Source: Dimorphilus gyrociliatus (taxonomy: Eukaryota; Animalia; Annelida). From it: DNA of 64,000 nt. Below, in pieces: positions 39,293 to 53,780 of the stretch. The notes below the pieces were generated by a model. The model did no database searches. It was given only the letters and a program-made list of their open reading frames with translations, and was not told where the DNA came from. The stretch covers positions 2,558,498 through 2,622,497 of the forward strand of contig CAJFCJ010000012.1 of NCBI GenBank assembly GCA_904063045.1, in the 5' to 3' direction. Made by a program: the position numbers and the translations under genes. Numbering within the stretch: the stretch's first letter is position 1; every line of letters starts with the position of its first letter.

Positions 39293-40412
39293 ATGGCGGA
39301 GAAAAGCGGCAGAACGGATTTTACAGGCATGAAACCAGTACGGATGAAGCTCTTTGCTAATTTTGATATAGACAAAAATACATCAAATTGTATGCCTAGG
39401 TAAGTCAATGATTGTTGCATTTTCGATCGTTTTTTTGGTAAAAAATCAAAATTGTTTTTGTTCCTCAAATCTGAGCATCAATAGATAGATAAACAGATAG
39501 AGAGTGTAAGGGAGGGTATGGAAGAGGAGATTGAGGGGATTAGAAAAAAGAAACAAAGAAACAAAGAAAGAGAGGGTAAGAGAGATAAATAATTAGGTAA
39601 AAACAAATAACTAAATAAGACTGTTAGTGAGGGAGATAAATAGGTAAGGGATAATCCTTCTCAGGTGAATTACTTGAAATCCTTAAATGATAGACTTATA
39701 AAATGATATTTTATATTGCATTGCAGTAATATATATTAAAAGCCATAATATAGACTAAATGTGGCGCAAAAATTATAGGTAAATCGCAATAAAAAAGAGT
39801 TAAATTCAATATGAATCATTCTGAAATGTAAATTTTCGCTTGAATGAAAGAAAAAACAAGATGAGGGGAAAAGGGGAGGGGAAGGAGGAAAAGAAATGAA
39901 TAAAAAACATACTATAGTAAAGAGAATTATTTAAGTATTAGCCTATTTATTTATCTATAAATCTATCTGTCTATCATCTTTTTTTCTTATTGTAATCAAT
40001 ATTTCAAATAGAAATTATAGTTTAATTTATAGCAGGAGAGAGAGAGAGGGAATTACGGATTGTATCGTACGTTCTCTCTATCAAATATTATAATAAGACT
40101 TTTCTTTTTTAACTAAATAACTACCTTTTGGAGAGTAAGAACATTACAGCAAAAATCGAATTTCTCCTCATTTAAAGTCTTTAAAAAGCAAAATATTGTT
40201 CTTCATATATCCGATTTCTGCTCTCTTCTCTATTATTCGAAAAGCTTAGAGACTCCTTTATACTATGGTACATCGTTTTTCCAAGAACGCAAAGAAAGAT
40301 AGTGTATTTACAAAATATGAACAAAAACTTGCATTTTCCCTTATTCGTCATAATAGATGGTATACTCTTCTTATTGAAAGTTGTTTATATACACAGAAGC
40401 ACGCATATATAT

Positions 40413-40460
<48 letters not shown>

Positions 40461-40802
40461 GTTTTAATGTACAACAAACGAAAAAATGATAACAATTGCC
40501 TTTTATCAGAGAGAGAGAGAGAGAGAGAAAGAAAGGAAAAAAGAAAAAACAACAAAAAACTTTATCTTTATAATTAGAGAATCCTGTTTTTCAAATAAAT
40601 AGTCTCCTTTATCAAAAAAAAAAAACAGTTACTATTTTATCCTTGAAAATAATACGAATAATAGAAAAAATTGTAAAAGCACGCGTATACGTATGCTCAT
40701 TTGTATATAAACATTATCAACTTGTTTTTTCTCATTAAATTCTTCTTAGAAAAATAGGGAGTTATTAACACTTTACCATAAATGCCACACCCCCTCTCTC
40801 CT

Positions 40803-40845
<43 letters not shown>

Positions 40846-43800
40846 TGCTCACTCGCTCTTATGCTCCCTTAGTTTTTATACTCTTAACATTTTAAGGTTT
40901 TTCTTAAAATACATCTAATTTGACTTTTGGCTTATTCACATCACAGTACTAACCTATTTACGAAAAGCAAATGTAATATTTTAAACGTCAAATAATAATT
41001 AGGAGAGATCGTAATTTCTTAGAACCCTATTTCAATTTTAGAATTTTTTTTAATATCCATTTATGTACAATATATGAATATATACAAGTAAAACTACGAA
41101 TTGTTGATTTAGTTGATAATTGATATCTAATAGTTAGTTTTGTTGACAGCTTAGCTTAGTAGGGAGAAGAGGAGCGAAATAGCCTTTTTCCTTACCATTC
41201 TTTTACGCTTAAATCTTTGTTAAATAGTGCTTTTTAGGGGATCAATACACCAATTGCAGATTCCGGTACCATTAGTATACACTCATTTGTAAGGTGCTCG
41301 CCCCCCATTTATAATTCTTTCAACGCTAATCAAGTAAGATGAACGCTAGCCCTGATTGATAAATAGTCGAAACAATACACTCTTTCCCTTTCTCTGCATT
41401 ACAGTAGATTGGTTCCCTAAAATAGGCCAACTGAGTATACAATATGTAAGTACATATACAGTCTATATACTGTATATATATAATTTCTTTTTGTTTTGTT
41501 CGCTAGTTCTCTCTCGTTGTCTGTCTATACAGACGGAGGGAGCAGACCCTCAGGCCAATGACTAAAACGAAGACATTGGTGTGCGGCATGTCGTAGACGT
41601 TTTTTAGACGGTAATTAAGCGAGATGTGCGTAGTCTGAGTATTTTTTTTTCTTTCAAGAAATCGAATAAGCTGGAGATTATATGCAGTTGATTATTTATT
41701 TAATATTGGTATATATGTACAATATGCTTTTCGGATTGAAGAGACGCATTCATATATATATATTGTATATCATATCAATCTATTAAACAAGGTTGAAGAA
41801 AAACAAAACTTTCCTATTTAATTAATGATATTTAAAGTATCGTATTGTTAATTTTTTTCAAACTATTGAACGTATTGAGGACTAAAAAGCCTATACAGTA
41901 ACTGTAAACTTTGACAAAGTATCGCGTACACGCAATCGATAACGCGTTAGTTAATAATTAGTATATGTAAACAATCTTTTGAACCTTATATACTTACACT
42001 TTGGTGCTTTTACTCTCCCCCTCCTTTTAATATAGAGTGTTTCGCATGGCCAATTCGCCAATGACTATTAAACGTTTGTTATCTATAGTTTATTATTTAA
42101 GCGGTGGGATACTATGTATATTTTTACTAGAGAGAAAAGACCAGCACGTAGCACTGTTCTCAAAGGCCAACATTAAATTTCCTACAGCTCCTTAATGTTG
42201 CACTAATTAGAATAATCAAACGGCCTGTTATATCGTCCGTCGCCTAATTTTGACGAGGTAGTAGTGCTGGAAAGGCCCAATGGGCCTCAGGCAACTATTC
42301 GATTAACAGAAAAGATAAAAATATCAAAAAGACAAAAAAAAAAATAAAAAAAAAGTCAATCTTGCTTTTCACATTAAATATTTTATATTATAATTTTCTA
42401 TTATACGATTAGAAAAAAAATTAGAACGTTTTATTTATTAATGAATGAATAAACGAATGCTGTTATATTGCTGTTGCAAAGGATATTTCAAGGTTAAAAC
42501 GATAACGATTTAAAAAAGATTGGTCAGTTTTGTGAGGGGTTTTTGTTTTTTTAATACACATTTTATGAATTATAAACATGTATACATATAGGTACACATA
42601 TGTGTACAAACAAAAACAATACAATAACATTTGTATACTAAATGAATGAATAAAATGTTTTAAATATTTCTCCCTTTGAAGAATGATATAAGCAGAAATT
42701 CGTAAACATTGCAGTCTCTAATCTAATCATTTTATCTGTACATCGATTCAATATTATAAACTTTGCAGATAAGACTTTTTACATATACTTATGTAAGCTT
42801 AAATATATATAATTCTATTCAATGAAAATCTCTATATTCTCTCTCTCTCATACAGATAGATATACAGTATCTACATTTTTTCCCATTTAGGCCTATGTAT
42901 TAACCCTAAAAAAATTTGCTTAAATAGTCAGAATTTGCCCGTGTAATTTCCGTACATCTCATACAATACAATACAATTATATATTCTATTTATAAACATA
43001 TATATATATATATAAAACAACATTTTAAAAACAAATTATTATTTTTATCACTTGCAAATTAATGACTCAGCTAAAAAGAATTTAAGTGTTATAACTGATT
43101 GATTATTAATGAATAAATTTAACAATTATATTCTTTTATCCTTCTTTCTCTCTCTCTTTCTTTCTTTATTATTCAAATTATAACTTTATTATTCCCATTC
43201 AATAATTTTTGCCCTTTTTTTTTGCCTCTTTCCAGAATATGCAGTATGAACGTCACAAGATTAGTTGTTAAAAAACCGCCAGAAGCCGACCTCTCTTCCG
43301 TTATAGTTGCTGTAAAGATTCAGGTGAGTGGAAATTTTATGAATAATGATTAAAGAATAAAATAAAAAGAAAGAAAAGTGTTCGTTAAAGATTTTTATTC
43401 GAAATATTTGAAAAAATAAAAGTGAAAACGTCTGGAAACAGGTGCAAAAGTTTTTGTAATTATCGTGCCATATGCTTTCCAATAGTTTGTACCATTTTAT
43501 CTAGATCCTCTCTTTCCATCTGGTTTTATACTGGGTTAGTTGTGTAGTTGAAAAGTTCCTCTGCAATTTGTATGCCTAATTAAAGATAATAAGACGACCT
43601 TTTTATCTGGCTTTGCCAATTATTCATAATACAACTTATGGCTTTGAAAGCTTTAGTTGTTTTTTTATTATAAAAGGTCATTTAGATAGCTTTAACTTTA
43701 TCATCCCCTTTTGATCTCTCTTTCTTCTATTCGTCCTGCCCCTTCCTATATTCCCCCCTCCCATCCTTCTTCCTCTTTGCCTATTTATCGGTCTTTCACC

Positions 43801-45583
43801 CCTCACAATTTCTCTTTCTATTTTCCCGCTCGTTTTCTCTCCACGCCTACCAATATATCTCTTGCTCAAAGCTGAAGAGTATTTTTGTTTACATTTTTCG
43901 TTTTTTGGCATTTGTTATAGATCCTGCCCACCTGGAATAGCAAGTCAGAAACAGTAGGAGAGAATAAAGTACAATACGTAAAAACATTCTAACTAAAGGC
44001 TATAATATAATTATTCCTATTAATTGTATTATTTTGCTAAGGACACTATTCAGTTATGAGCGAAATTCCTCTCTTTCGATAAATCTTTTCTTTCTTTTCT
44101 ATGTTTTGAATAATTTCTTCCAAACAACTGAATATATTGGAAAACGGCGTAAACATTACTGTGTGTACTGTCTTTATTACTAACAATAGATTATTAAAGG
44201 AGAAGCTATTTTTATTTTCAATACGTTTAGCTTAAACCTTTCTAATTGAATCGTGCTAAAAGGCAGTATTAAGACGAAATAGAAGAGAGAAGGAAATATG
44301 CACAACGTACTATATAGAGTATATGCTATATTTCATATCAACACTCGACTAATAGTAGTTAAACCACATAAATGTATAATTACATCCATTTTCCTATTAT
44401 CCCTTATTTATTTCTTTTACAAATATTGATTAACGTTTTCGTTGGAATGAAAATGACAGTAAAATAATATAAAAAAGAAAAACAAGAAAATAAAACAGTA
44501 AAATTCTGCTAAATTAGTTTGTCTTCTTATCTTTGATGGTAGTACAACCAGTCGTCATGTTTACTTTGCCAAGAAAGAAATAGAAATAAGTGATCAGTTT
44601 TCTCTATCAATGTTTTTTTTTTCTCTCTTTTCATTTCTCTTCTATCTTTCATTCATTCATTCATTCTTTATCTATCTATCTCTTTCTCCTCGGTCTTCCC
44701 CTCCAGTCTTCCATTTTCTCTGTTTCTCACCCTTTCTCTTTTACCCTTTCTTTTATTCTGAGCGCTCAATCTAATATATTGTACAAGATAATTTCTTTTA
44801 TCCAATCGAGCGTTGTCGAAAGGAATTTGTCTTTTAATAATTTCTCCACTTAACTTAACGCCACAAATCAGACGGAACTGACCACTAAGAATCACCGAAG
44901 GGGTGGGAAGTCTGCCGCCGGGTTTTGAGAAGTTGCTAATTTCAAATATTATGTTTTTGTCTTTTAGTGTTTACTCTCGTTGATAATTGAACAGATTTAC
45001 GTTGATGAGATATTGATAGATGTCTTTTGCATAAAAAAAAACAAACAAAAGTTAACGATTCGTTGTCATTTCAGGATTACAAGAGAGCTTTAAGATCTGA
45101 AGAGATTCCGTTAGGCCCAGGAGGAGTGGTCGATACAGAAATCGAACTTGGTTGCTCACTTCAGGTATTACCTAGAGGAGAAAATACAACTTCCCAGAAT
45201 TCAATTCATTTGGGAATTATCATTGAAGGCTTTTTATTTTTTTTCCCTTTCCCGCTTAAAACCAAAATCTATAGTCTCTCGCTCTCTCTCTCTCTCCCTC
45301 TCTTTTTAAGTATTCCCTTTCTTTTACCCTTCGCCATCATCAAAATCTTTCATCCTCTCAGTTTCTCAGTTATTTTTTACCTTTTAAGAGGTTTTCCTCA
45401 AAAAGAATTAGAAGAGTAAAACTAAAAGAGCATTTAATTTATTCCAAGGTCATTGATGTATGTCAAAGCCGTAAGAACAACTAGAAAACGTTACAAGTTG
45501 ACCTTGATTGGTGATATAGTAATATAAAAAAATATATATGTAGTCTTAATTATTGCTACGATAGTGTCGTGTTTATAAAAAGG

Positions 45584-45630
<47 letters not shown>

Positions 45631-48600
45631 TTATATAAATGCTACGGAAGAAGCTACGCGTGGCATTTGTTCTTATTGTCTAACGCCGTGAGAAATATCG
45701 ATCTTTTGCCTCGGCGCTAGTACTAACTATAAAACGTGATGCTTTGCATTGGGATTTAAAAGAAACCTTTAAAATCATTCTCATTTGATTTGGCACCCTT
45801 TAAATAGTTTATTTATACTTTATATAAGAAAGAAGGCAAAAAGGAAAAAAACAAGAGCGAAAGTCTCTGCTTCGTGAATGGACGCTTTTCTAGGTTTCAT
45901 CTTTCCCAACGTGTCAAGGTTATCTAAGAATTAGTAGGAAAAAGATGAAAATGTTTACCTAAACCACCTTTACAAATAAAAATACCAGCGGTTTTCTTGC
46001 AGCTAAACTAGCCAACTAAATAAATAAAATAGAACGCTTTTAATCAATTTTTACTTGGTTAAGAGTAAAAAAGTGAGAAAATTAAATCTGTGCAATTAAT
46101 AATTAAAATTTAAAGTTGAAGAGCGAATCTAAAAACAATCTTTGTTTCTGTCTGTCTGTCTGTCTCTCTCTCTCTCGCTCTCTCGCTCTTTAGGCTATTT
46201 TTATAATCCGCTGCTTCATCATACCTCCTTGAAAACAAACAAAAAAAAGACAATAAGAATTTTTCTCAATAGAAGATATAATTTATGTCCTTGTTTTAGA
46301 TCAGAGAGGCCGATAGGCTATTAGTTGTTTTTAAAAGGTTGAAATACTCTATTGGTACCCAAAAAATAACAGGTAAAGGAAACGAAAGTGTTGTTACACG
46401 GTTTCACATTTCTGTGAACAAACATAAAAAAGGTTGAAGGAAAAAAGATAAAAAACACTTTTTTCTTACTACTTAAAGATGCTAGATATTTCTTCTTTTT
46501 ATTAAAACGCTTCCTTTGCCTAACTCTTTTTTTTACGTTTGTAAATTAGTTAAATACTCCATGCCATTCTTTTCTTCACACATACACACACATACACGCA
46601 CACTCTCTCTCTCTCTCTTTCTATCTCTTTTGAAAACACCTTTTTCACTTTCTCCATCTTCTCCTTCTTCTTTTTTCTCATTAATTTCCCTTTTTCTCTC
46701 TTTTTAAACAGTATCCTCATCATATCAAACCGAATAATTCCCACGCCAACAAACTAGTTGTTATGCTGCAACGTCGAAAACGCTACCGAAATCGTACTAT
46801 TCTAGGATACAAGACATTAGCAAGAGGAGAAGTGAATCTTACACAAGTACTACAAAAAAGTCAAGACAGACAGTTAGAATTATATAATGCTAATAAAGAA
46901 TCGTGCCGTAATTCCGTTGGCTTTATTGTCGTTCAAAATTTGACTACACTGCCAGTGAATGAGGAACAAAACGGTGGGGCTAGTCGCGCTAAGGAGCGAG
47001 TATTTTTCTCCCAAAATTCCGAAGCGGAACGTTCTCCTGAGGGGGAACTCTCCGAAGACGATCTCGAAGATGACTCCTACGAAGAAGACTTAACCGAAGA
47101 CGAAGATAGGTTGGATAGAATACCTAGAGTGCCTCGAAGGAGGAAGATGCCAACAAGATTCCGCCACAGTAATATTAAAGAGAAGCTAAGGGCGTTCTTA
47201 AAGAATTTTAAAAGGGGTAACTATCTTTTTTATTTGCTTCTAAAAATTCTAGTTCTTCTCTGGAGCTATTTTCCCCCTGCCACGTCTCTCTACTTAATGA
47301 GGGAGTCGGCAAATGCATTCAAATTAAAAGGAATATATTGATAAAAAAAAAAAACAGCAAAGACTTCTTTCCATTACATTCTTCAATGGCATATATTTGT
47401 ACAAATATCTAGTATTGTATTGTATTATATATTGTATTTTGTTGTATATTGTATTATTCTAGTATCAAGTCCTATTTTGGTATCAAATAGCTTGTTATTT
47501 TCTGTTTGGGAAAATCAATTCAAATTTAGCAAGGCCCCTAAATAGCCCAACAGCTTTTTGTCATAGCATCATGCTAAAAACTAAAAAACCAAAAAAAAAA
47601 GCCCATGGGTGGTGAAAGGCTGATGGTTTAAGGCTTTATCTCCTCTAGCAGGAATACTGGCCCCGGGAGATCCTAAAAGGGCTCTATAAATACAAAGCAG
47701 TATGCCGATATTCGGTAAAGAAAAAGAATATTTCAATCCCCCCAACCCCAATCTCAGACGTTAAATCTGTAAAAATGCATTTTAATGGTATAGTTGACCA
47801 ATTTTTTAATGAAGGAGAATGGAAGAAATGCAAACAAAGTGAAAGAGAGGCCTCTCCCAAAGAAAAGCAGAGTACATTGTGTATGTGTAATATATTTAGA
47901 CTAAGGAATATTTAAGTTGGGACCAAATTGAAGATGAATGTTATTGTTAAGCACAGTATTAGCTAGCCGGCGGATCATTGAAATTTTATTATTAAAGGTT
48001 GAGTAGTCGAATAAATTTGGGAAGGAGACGAGAAGAGAACAAAAGAAGATATATACAGTATATATAATACAATATATACGATTGATAAAGAAAATCTTGA
48101 CGAGAAAGGAATATCTCTCTCACCTAACTCTTTGTCTTTGTACTTTGAACTCTAATAGAGAAATTGATTAAAAAAAAACAGTTTGTTTTCTTTTTTGAAA
48201 AGGAAGAATTAGTAAATTTTTGATTGTTGATGAATTTACCGCCTCAACAAATCTGAATGTCAAGTGATGTTTGTAAAGGCGAGGGAGATGAGGAGAAGCT
48301 CAGAATAAACTCGACTCATTTTGTAATATTGTAACAAAATTGGTTTGGAAAATTTACAAGAGAAATTTACGACTTGTTGCTTTTTCTCTTTTTCTTTCTT
48401 GTTTGTCTAACAACATTTTATCTCTTTTTTTCATTCTCTCTCTCTCTCTTTATAGTCTTTGTCTATTAATCCTATGATAGCAAGCAAGGCAATTAGTTTA
48501 CACATGCCCAAGTTATGACTGATTGCAGAAGACTGTAATGTATCAATGAGATTAACGACGTTTGTCTGAAAAGTTGGCAGAAGGTTACTGACCCAGTCTT

Positions 48601-50814
48601 AGTTTCTAGGCGTCATCAGCTTGACGCATTAAAGTGAATTTTATATCCATTTAAAAAGAAATTGATTTAAGACCCGCATTTAATCTAAATTTTGTCAAAT
48701 GTGACACTACCGCCTTGACCTGGTAGACAGAGGGAGAAAGTGCGTGAATGCGTGTGTGGGTGTGAGATGGGAAAAGGGGGAGGAAGAGGAAAAAAATCTG
48801 ACCTAAATTAGGCTCTGGCCTTCGATGACTTAGAGGTAGTCATTAGGCCAGGGGGAATCCATTATCGCCCCAATGATTACTGTACAAACTAATAAAAATA
48901 ACCAGACATCCGTATAACTATTATCTTAAGAAAACTGGCTTTTTTCAACGCTTCCAGGAAATTGTTCATAGGAAAATTTGTTGCAAACCGATAAAATGCA
49001 ACCGTCACCCATCTGACGTCGGTTCGTAAGAATCCTTAATAAACGTAAGGAGCACTTGGGATCTTCCAAATAGCTTTGACCTTGGCTTAGACTTTTCGCT
49101 AAAAAAATCTATGCCTTTTTAATATTCCCTAAGGTTAAGCCGACAAAATCCAATGTTCATCAAGCATGGAATGATAAATATTAAATAATTTTCTTCACCT
49201 ATTTTTCTTCAGGTGACGACGCTCTAGAAATTGATCCGGACGAAGAGAACCAGAGAGAATTGGAGGAATTGATTGACGAATTGGATGATGAATTGAGCGA
49301 TTCGCCAGCTGAACAAGATAATATATCAGTGGTATCGACTCCTAAGCCAAAATTGAAGCCATTTTTTGCGTCAAAGACTTCAAAAGCGGAAGACTTTAGC
49401 GATGATAGCGGAAAGAAGAATGATTCGGATGGAGGTCACTTGGTAAGTCTTTTTACCATTCTTTTAATTGTGGCCTTTCTTTTATATATGTATATAGAGT
49501 ATATATATATAAAAGAAAACCATATAAATATAATAATAATAAAAAACAACTTGGTTGCTGTAAATCCCCCAATTGTTATACTGCTGTGGCTAAGCTAAGG
49601 TATCGTTTTAGATAAGATTTACCCATAGACTAATTAGGAATCCTATATCGCAACAATATTAATATTAATATATTAATTAATTAATTAATTAATTAATATT
49701 TTTAATAAAAACAACCTAAATGAAATAAACAAAAACAAAATGGCAAATACGATGGATATAGTGTTACGTAACACTTTTTTCTTTTTCTTTATTATCTTTT
49801 TTTCTTTCTTTCTTTCTTTTCTTTCGCTGAGAAATAACAAAACATCTAAAATAATTAAAAATTGTTTGTTGTTTGTCAATATTCAATTTCTAACTACAAT
49901 CCTCATCCTCATCCTCTCTTCCTTAATCAGAAAATTCTTAAGAAAAGAGCTCTTTTTACATTTTTTTTTGAAATATTAAAACAAAAACAAGTAAATGAAA
50001 TGGGAAAGGAAAACAAATTTTTTCTTATATTGATTTTAACAGATCGTTAAACTTCGAAATAAAAAAGAGGTAAGAGAAAGCAAAAGCATAATAATACGAA
50101 TAATAAGAAATTGTTTTAAAGATTGCTATGCAAATGATCTCTATTTATTTTAGAAGTAATTAGGAAATTATTAATTAGTAGAGGAGCATCTTATGCTTTT
50201 TTTTTTTCTTTTTACTTTTAATACTAAAACAAGATTATTGCTCTAGTTTGTTATTCTTGCTGTATTATATTCAACACATCAATAGTTTTTTCTTATTAAA
50301 ATGAATTTATAAAAGAAGGAAGAAGTGGAAAATATTTCAAAAATATTACTAATATTGATTGTTACAACTTATTTTTGTCTCTCTTTATTCTTTTATCACT
50401 TCATTTAAAAGGGTAAAGCTTTCTGACTTTGATAAATATTTATTAGCTCACTTTATATTTAGTATAATATCAAGTTTATAGAATTATCAAGATTTTGCCC
50501 CTAAGTATAGTTATATATCTATATATATATATATGATCTTATGCTCATTATCCTATTGCATTTCCTTACTATACTTACCATTAATTATTTTTTGTTTTAA
50601 CTTTGATACTGATGAGCCTATATATTGCTTTGATAAACAACCTTATTTATATACATATATACTGTATATGAATTAATATTGTATTTCTTATTTTAACCTT
50701 ATTACGTTACATATTATGTTTTTTTTTATATACAAAGAAAAACATGAATGCACTGGGTAAATTTTTACCAAAAGAAAAAAACTATGAAAAAGTAACACTA
50801 TCTCTTTTTCTCTT

Positions 50815-50860
<46 letters not shown>

Positions 50861-51372
50861 GTAAATTTTTGCCTACAAAAATATAGTCAAAACAAAAATT
50901 TTAACTTTAACGAACCATAATTATTATAATAATTATCGCAAAAAGAACAATAAAAGGATTCCTTAATTACTGATGCATGACCTATTATTTTGCATGTCAC
51001 TCTTGCAGACCGATCACGGAGAGGAAGTTAAGAAGGAGGAAGTGAAAAAAAATAGATCTTCTTCAATTACTGCAGAATCCTTTATGAAAAAATTTACGAA
51101 AAGCCACGGACAGAGTCATCAGGATGTTGTTGACAAGTCTAGTGAACCGACTGAGGTAGCCGGATGTTTGTTTTTTTTTGTTTGTTTTTTGTATTTTCTT
51201 ACCGTAATTGTTGCTACTCGTTTTCGGTTTATACGGTCCGTACAAACAACATCGTATAAATTCTTAACCCCGCCAACTACGTATTTTAAAAGAATAGATA
51301 AATAGATGAATAGATAGAGAGATAGATAATAGTAAAAGAAGGCATAGAAAAGAGAGAAGGAGGGGGCAGGGA

Positions 51373-51410
<38 letters not shown>

Positions 51411-52913
51411 ACAGATAATTCTTTTTCTCTCTCTTTTCACTTAAACTTTACCTCCCTCTTTCTCTTGGCTGCTTCTCTTCCCTTTTATTAACGAGACTAA
51501 TGCAGATAAGACTGTTGAAAAACGAACAAGAGAAAAAATCACAAACGTCTAAACCAATCTCTACACAGCCTTCAACTGATTTATTAGCCATACATTTTAA
51601 CGTTAAATGAATTAATTTCTATAGTATGAAAGACCTAAAAACAAGAAAAGGCGCGAATTATTGAATAATTTTATAAACGAATAGATAATGGATTCTTTTT
51701 TGGCTTTTGAAGTAAAGTTTGTCGTTTCCCTCTAGTCCCATTCCATCCTTCTATTGCCCGGCTACTGCTTTAATAAAAAAGAGGAAGGGAGGCAATTAAG
51801 AACCATCAGTTCTGTCGTTTTTTTTTATTTAACGGCCTTAAAAGGGAAAAAAGAGAATGATAAACGTTCGAGTAGAAAGATGAGGCTCTTTTTCATTAAT
51901 CCTATAATTCACGATTACCGAAATATGACGTTAGATAGATAGACTAGCCAGACAGGGAAGGAGGGATGGAGGAGTAAATGATTGAAAGAAGGAATGTGTG
52001 TGTTTGTGTTTGTGTGTGTGTGTGTGTGTTTTTCTTTATTAATGTAGCTTTACTGGCTTTACTAGATTAGAAAATGACAAAATGGGTAATAACAACCAAT
52101 AACATTTTGTTATTTTATAATACCAAGTACCAAAATAAGAAGGATGATAATGATAATAATCGTCGTATATAACTAGAATGAAAAGGTTCTATAAAAAGGT
52201 AGCATTCTAATAGTAAAGAGAAAAGAATAGAAAAGGAAAATATTGAAACAACATTGAAAATATGAAGGAAAAGATGAAAGAGAATTTATGATAGTCTCGG
52301 TTAATGAGGTTTTAATCAAATCAATCATTTTTTTAAGCTTTGCGAAAGTAGATTAAATCCTCTTCCTTCTTTTTTTCTTTTTTTTCTTCAAAATGTCAAT
52401 TATAATGGAGAATAAGAAAAAGTAAAAGGCGTCATCAGCGTCAGACGCTCGAAAATCGTCGATTAATCAATTTTTTCTCCTTGAATGAAAAGAGAATAAA
52501 TTGATTATATTAAAGAAAGTCAGAAACAGTTGTAATACAAATGTGCATTATGTATTATATAAGAAATAACTATAATTCTTTCATTGAAAAGCCTAGTTTT
52601 AACTAACGGATTGTGATTTTTTTTCAACATTTCATTCATTAACAGCCTCGTAAAGCGTTCATGGAGCAATTAAACGCTGTTCTCGGAAGTGAAGATAACT
52701 TACCTTCCTGCGTTCTCTTAGTTAATACTTCGGAAGGTCAAGGCCAAAAATTATCGAAATTATTATCAACGAACGCGGCGTTCAAGCTAATCTGCACTCA
52801 TTGTCAAGCGGAAGTTAAAGCAACATTGGCATCTATCGTAAATAGGATACAAAAATTGTAAGTATACATATATAGATAAAGCATTATATTTATATATTAT
52901 ATTTATTATATAG

Positions 52914-52955
<42 letters not shown>

Positions 52956-53253
52956 TATTTATTTTATACTCTTTTCATTCATCTATCTCTCCATCCATCC
53001 ATCTTTTTTTTTTTCAAATCCTTTAAAATGATATTTAACAATTCCATAAGACCTTGAAAAAAGAATGTATCCAAACAAACTTAATGGACTAAGCGAATCA
53101 CTTAGCAAACTACTAATAAAGACTTGAAAAATAAATAAATAAACGCTTTTCCACTAATACCTGGGCCAACAGCAGCTTGAAGCGTCTATCTCTTTTGTTT
53201 TGCCTTTCTTTTTATCCTACCCTTTTTCAATTTCTCACTTTTCTCTCTCTCTC

Positions 53254-53284
<31 letters not shown>

Positions 53285-53735
53285 CCCCTTTTGTTTCTGA
53301 AAGAGTGAAAAGAATACTGATAATATTGTCAATTTGTTAAGTGAAGAAGGAGGAAGCAATATTATAGATGAAATTGTTTGAGTGATATAGTAGTAAAGGG
53401 TAAAGAAAGTAGAGATTTTCCCATAATAGTAGGTGTCTAAGCACAAAGATCCCTTTGCACTTTTCTCAACAGAAGAGCTGGCTTTTCACTTGATAGAAGT
53501 ATAAAATCAAAGACAACTGCCCATAGACAATATATATATAACTAGATGTACGAATATAATTGTACAGTTAATACAGTTGTTGAACAGTTTTCGTTCTACA
53601 TTGTAAACATATCTTTATAGTATTATCTTGAATTTCCTTTTTTCCCATTTATCCGTATTTTTTCTTTGCCTTTCTTTTCAATTTCTCCTTTGAATTGTCG
53701 ATCCTATGGACGAGAGGTTTTTCTTAATGTAATAC

Positions 53736-53780
<45 letters not shown>

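Noticed and set aside
42256-42290. GAGGTAGTAG resembling let-7, next to a short palindrome AGGCCCA-A-TGGGCCT
   Set aside because: The 5' U and the 3' half of let-7 do not match, and there is no precursor-length hairpin.
47684-47720. TATA box plus ATGCCGATATTCG|GTAAAG as an alternative PACS first exon in phase with exon 5
   Set aside because: The ATG is too close to the TATA box to be transcribed from it; the phase match is a one-in-three chance.
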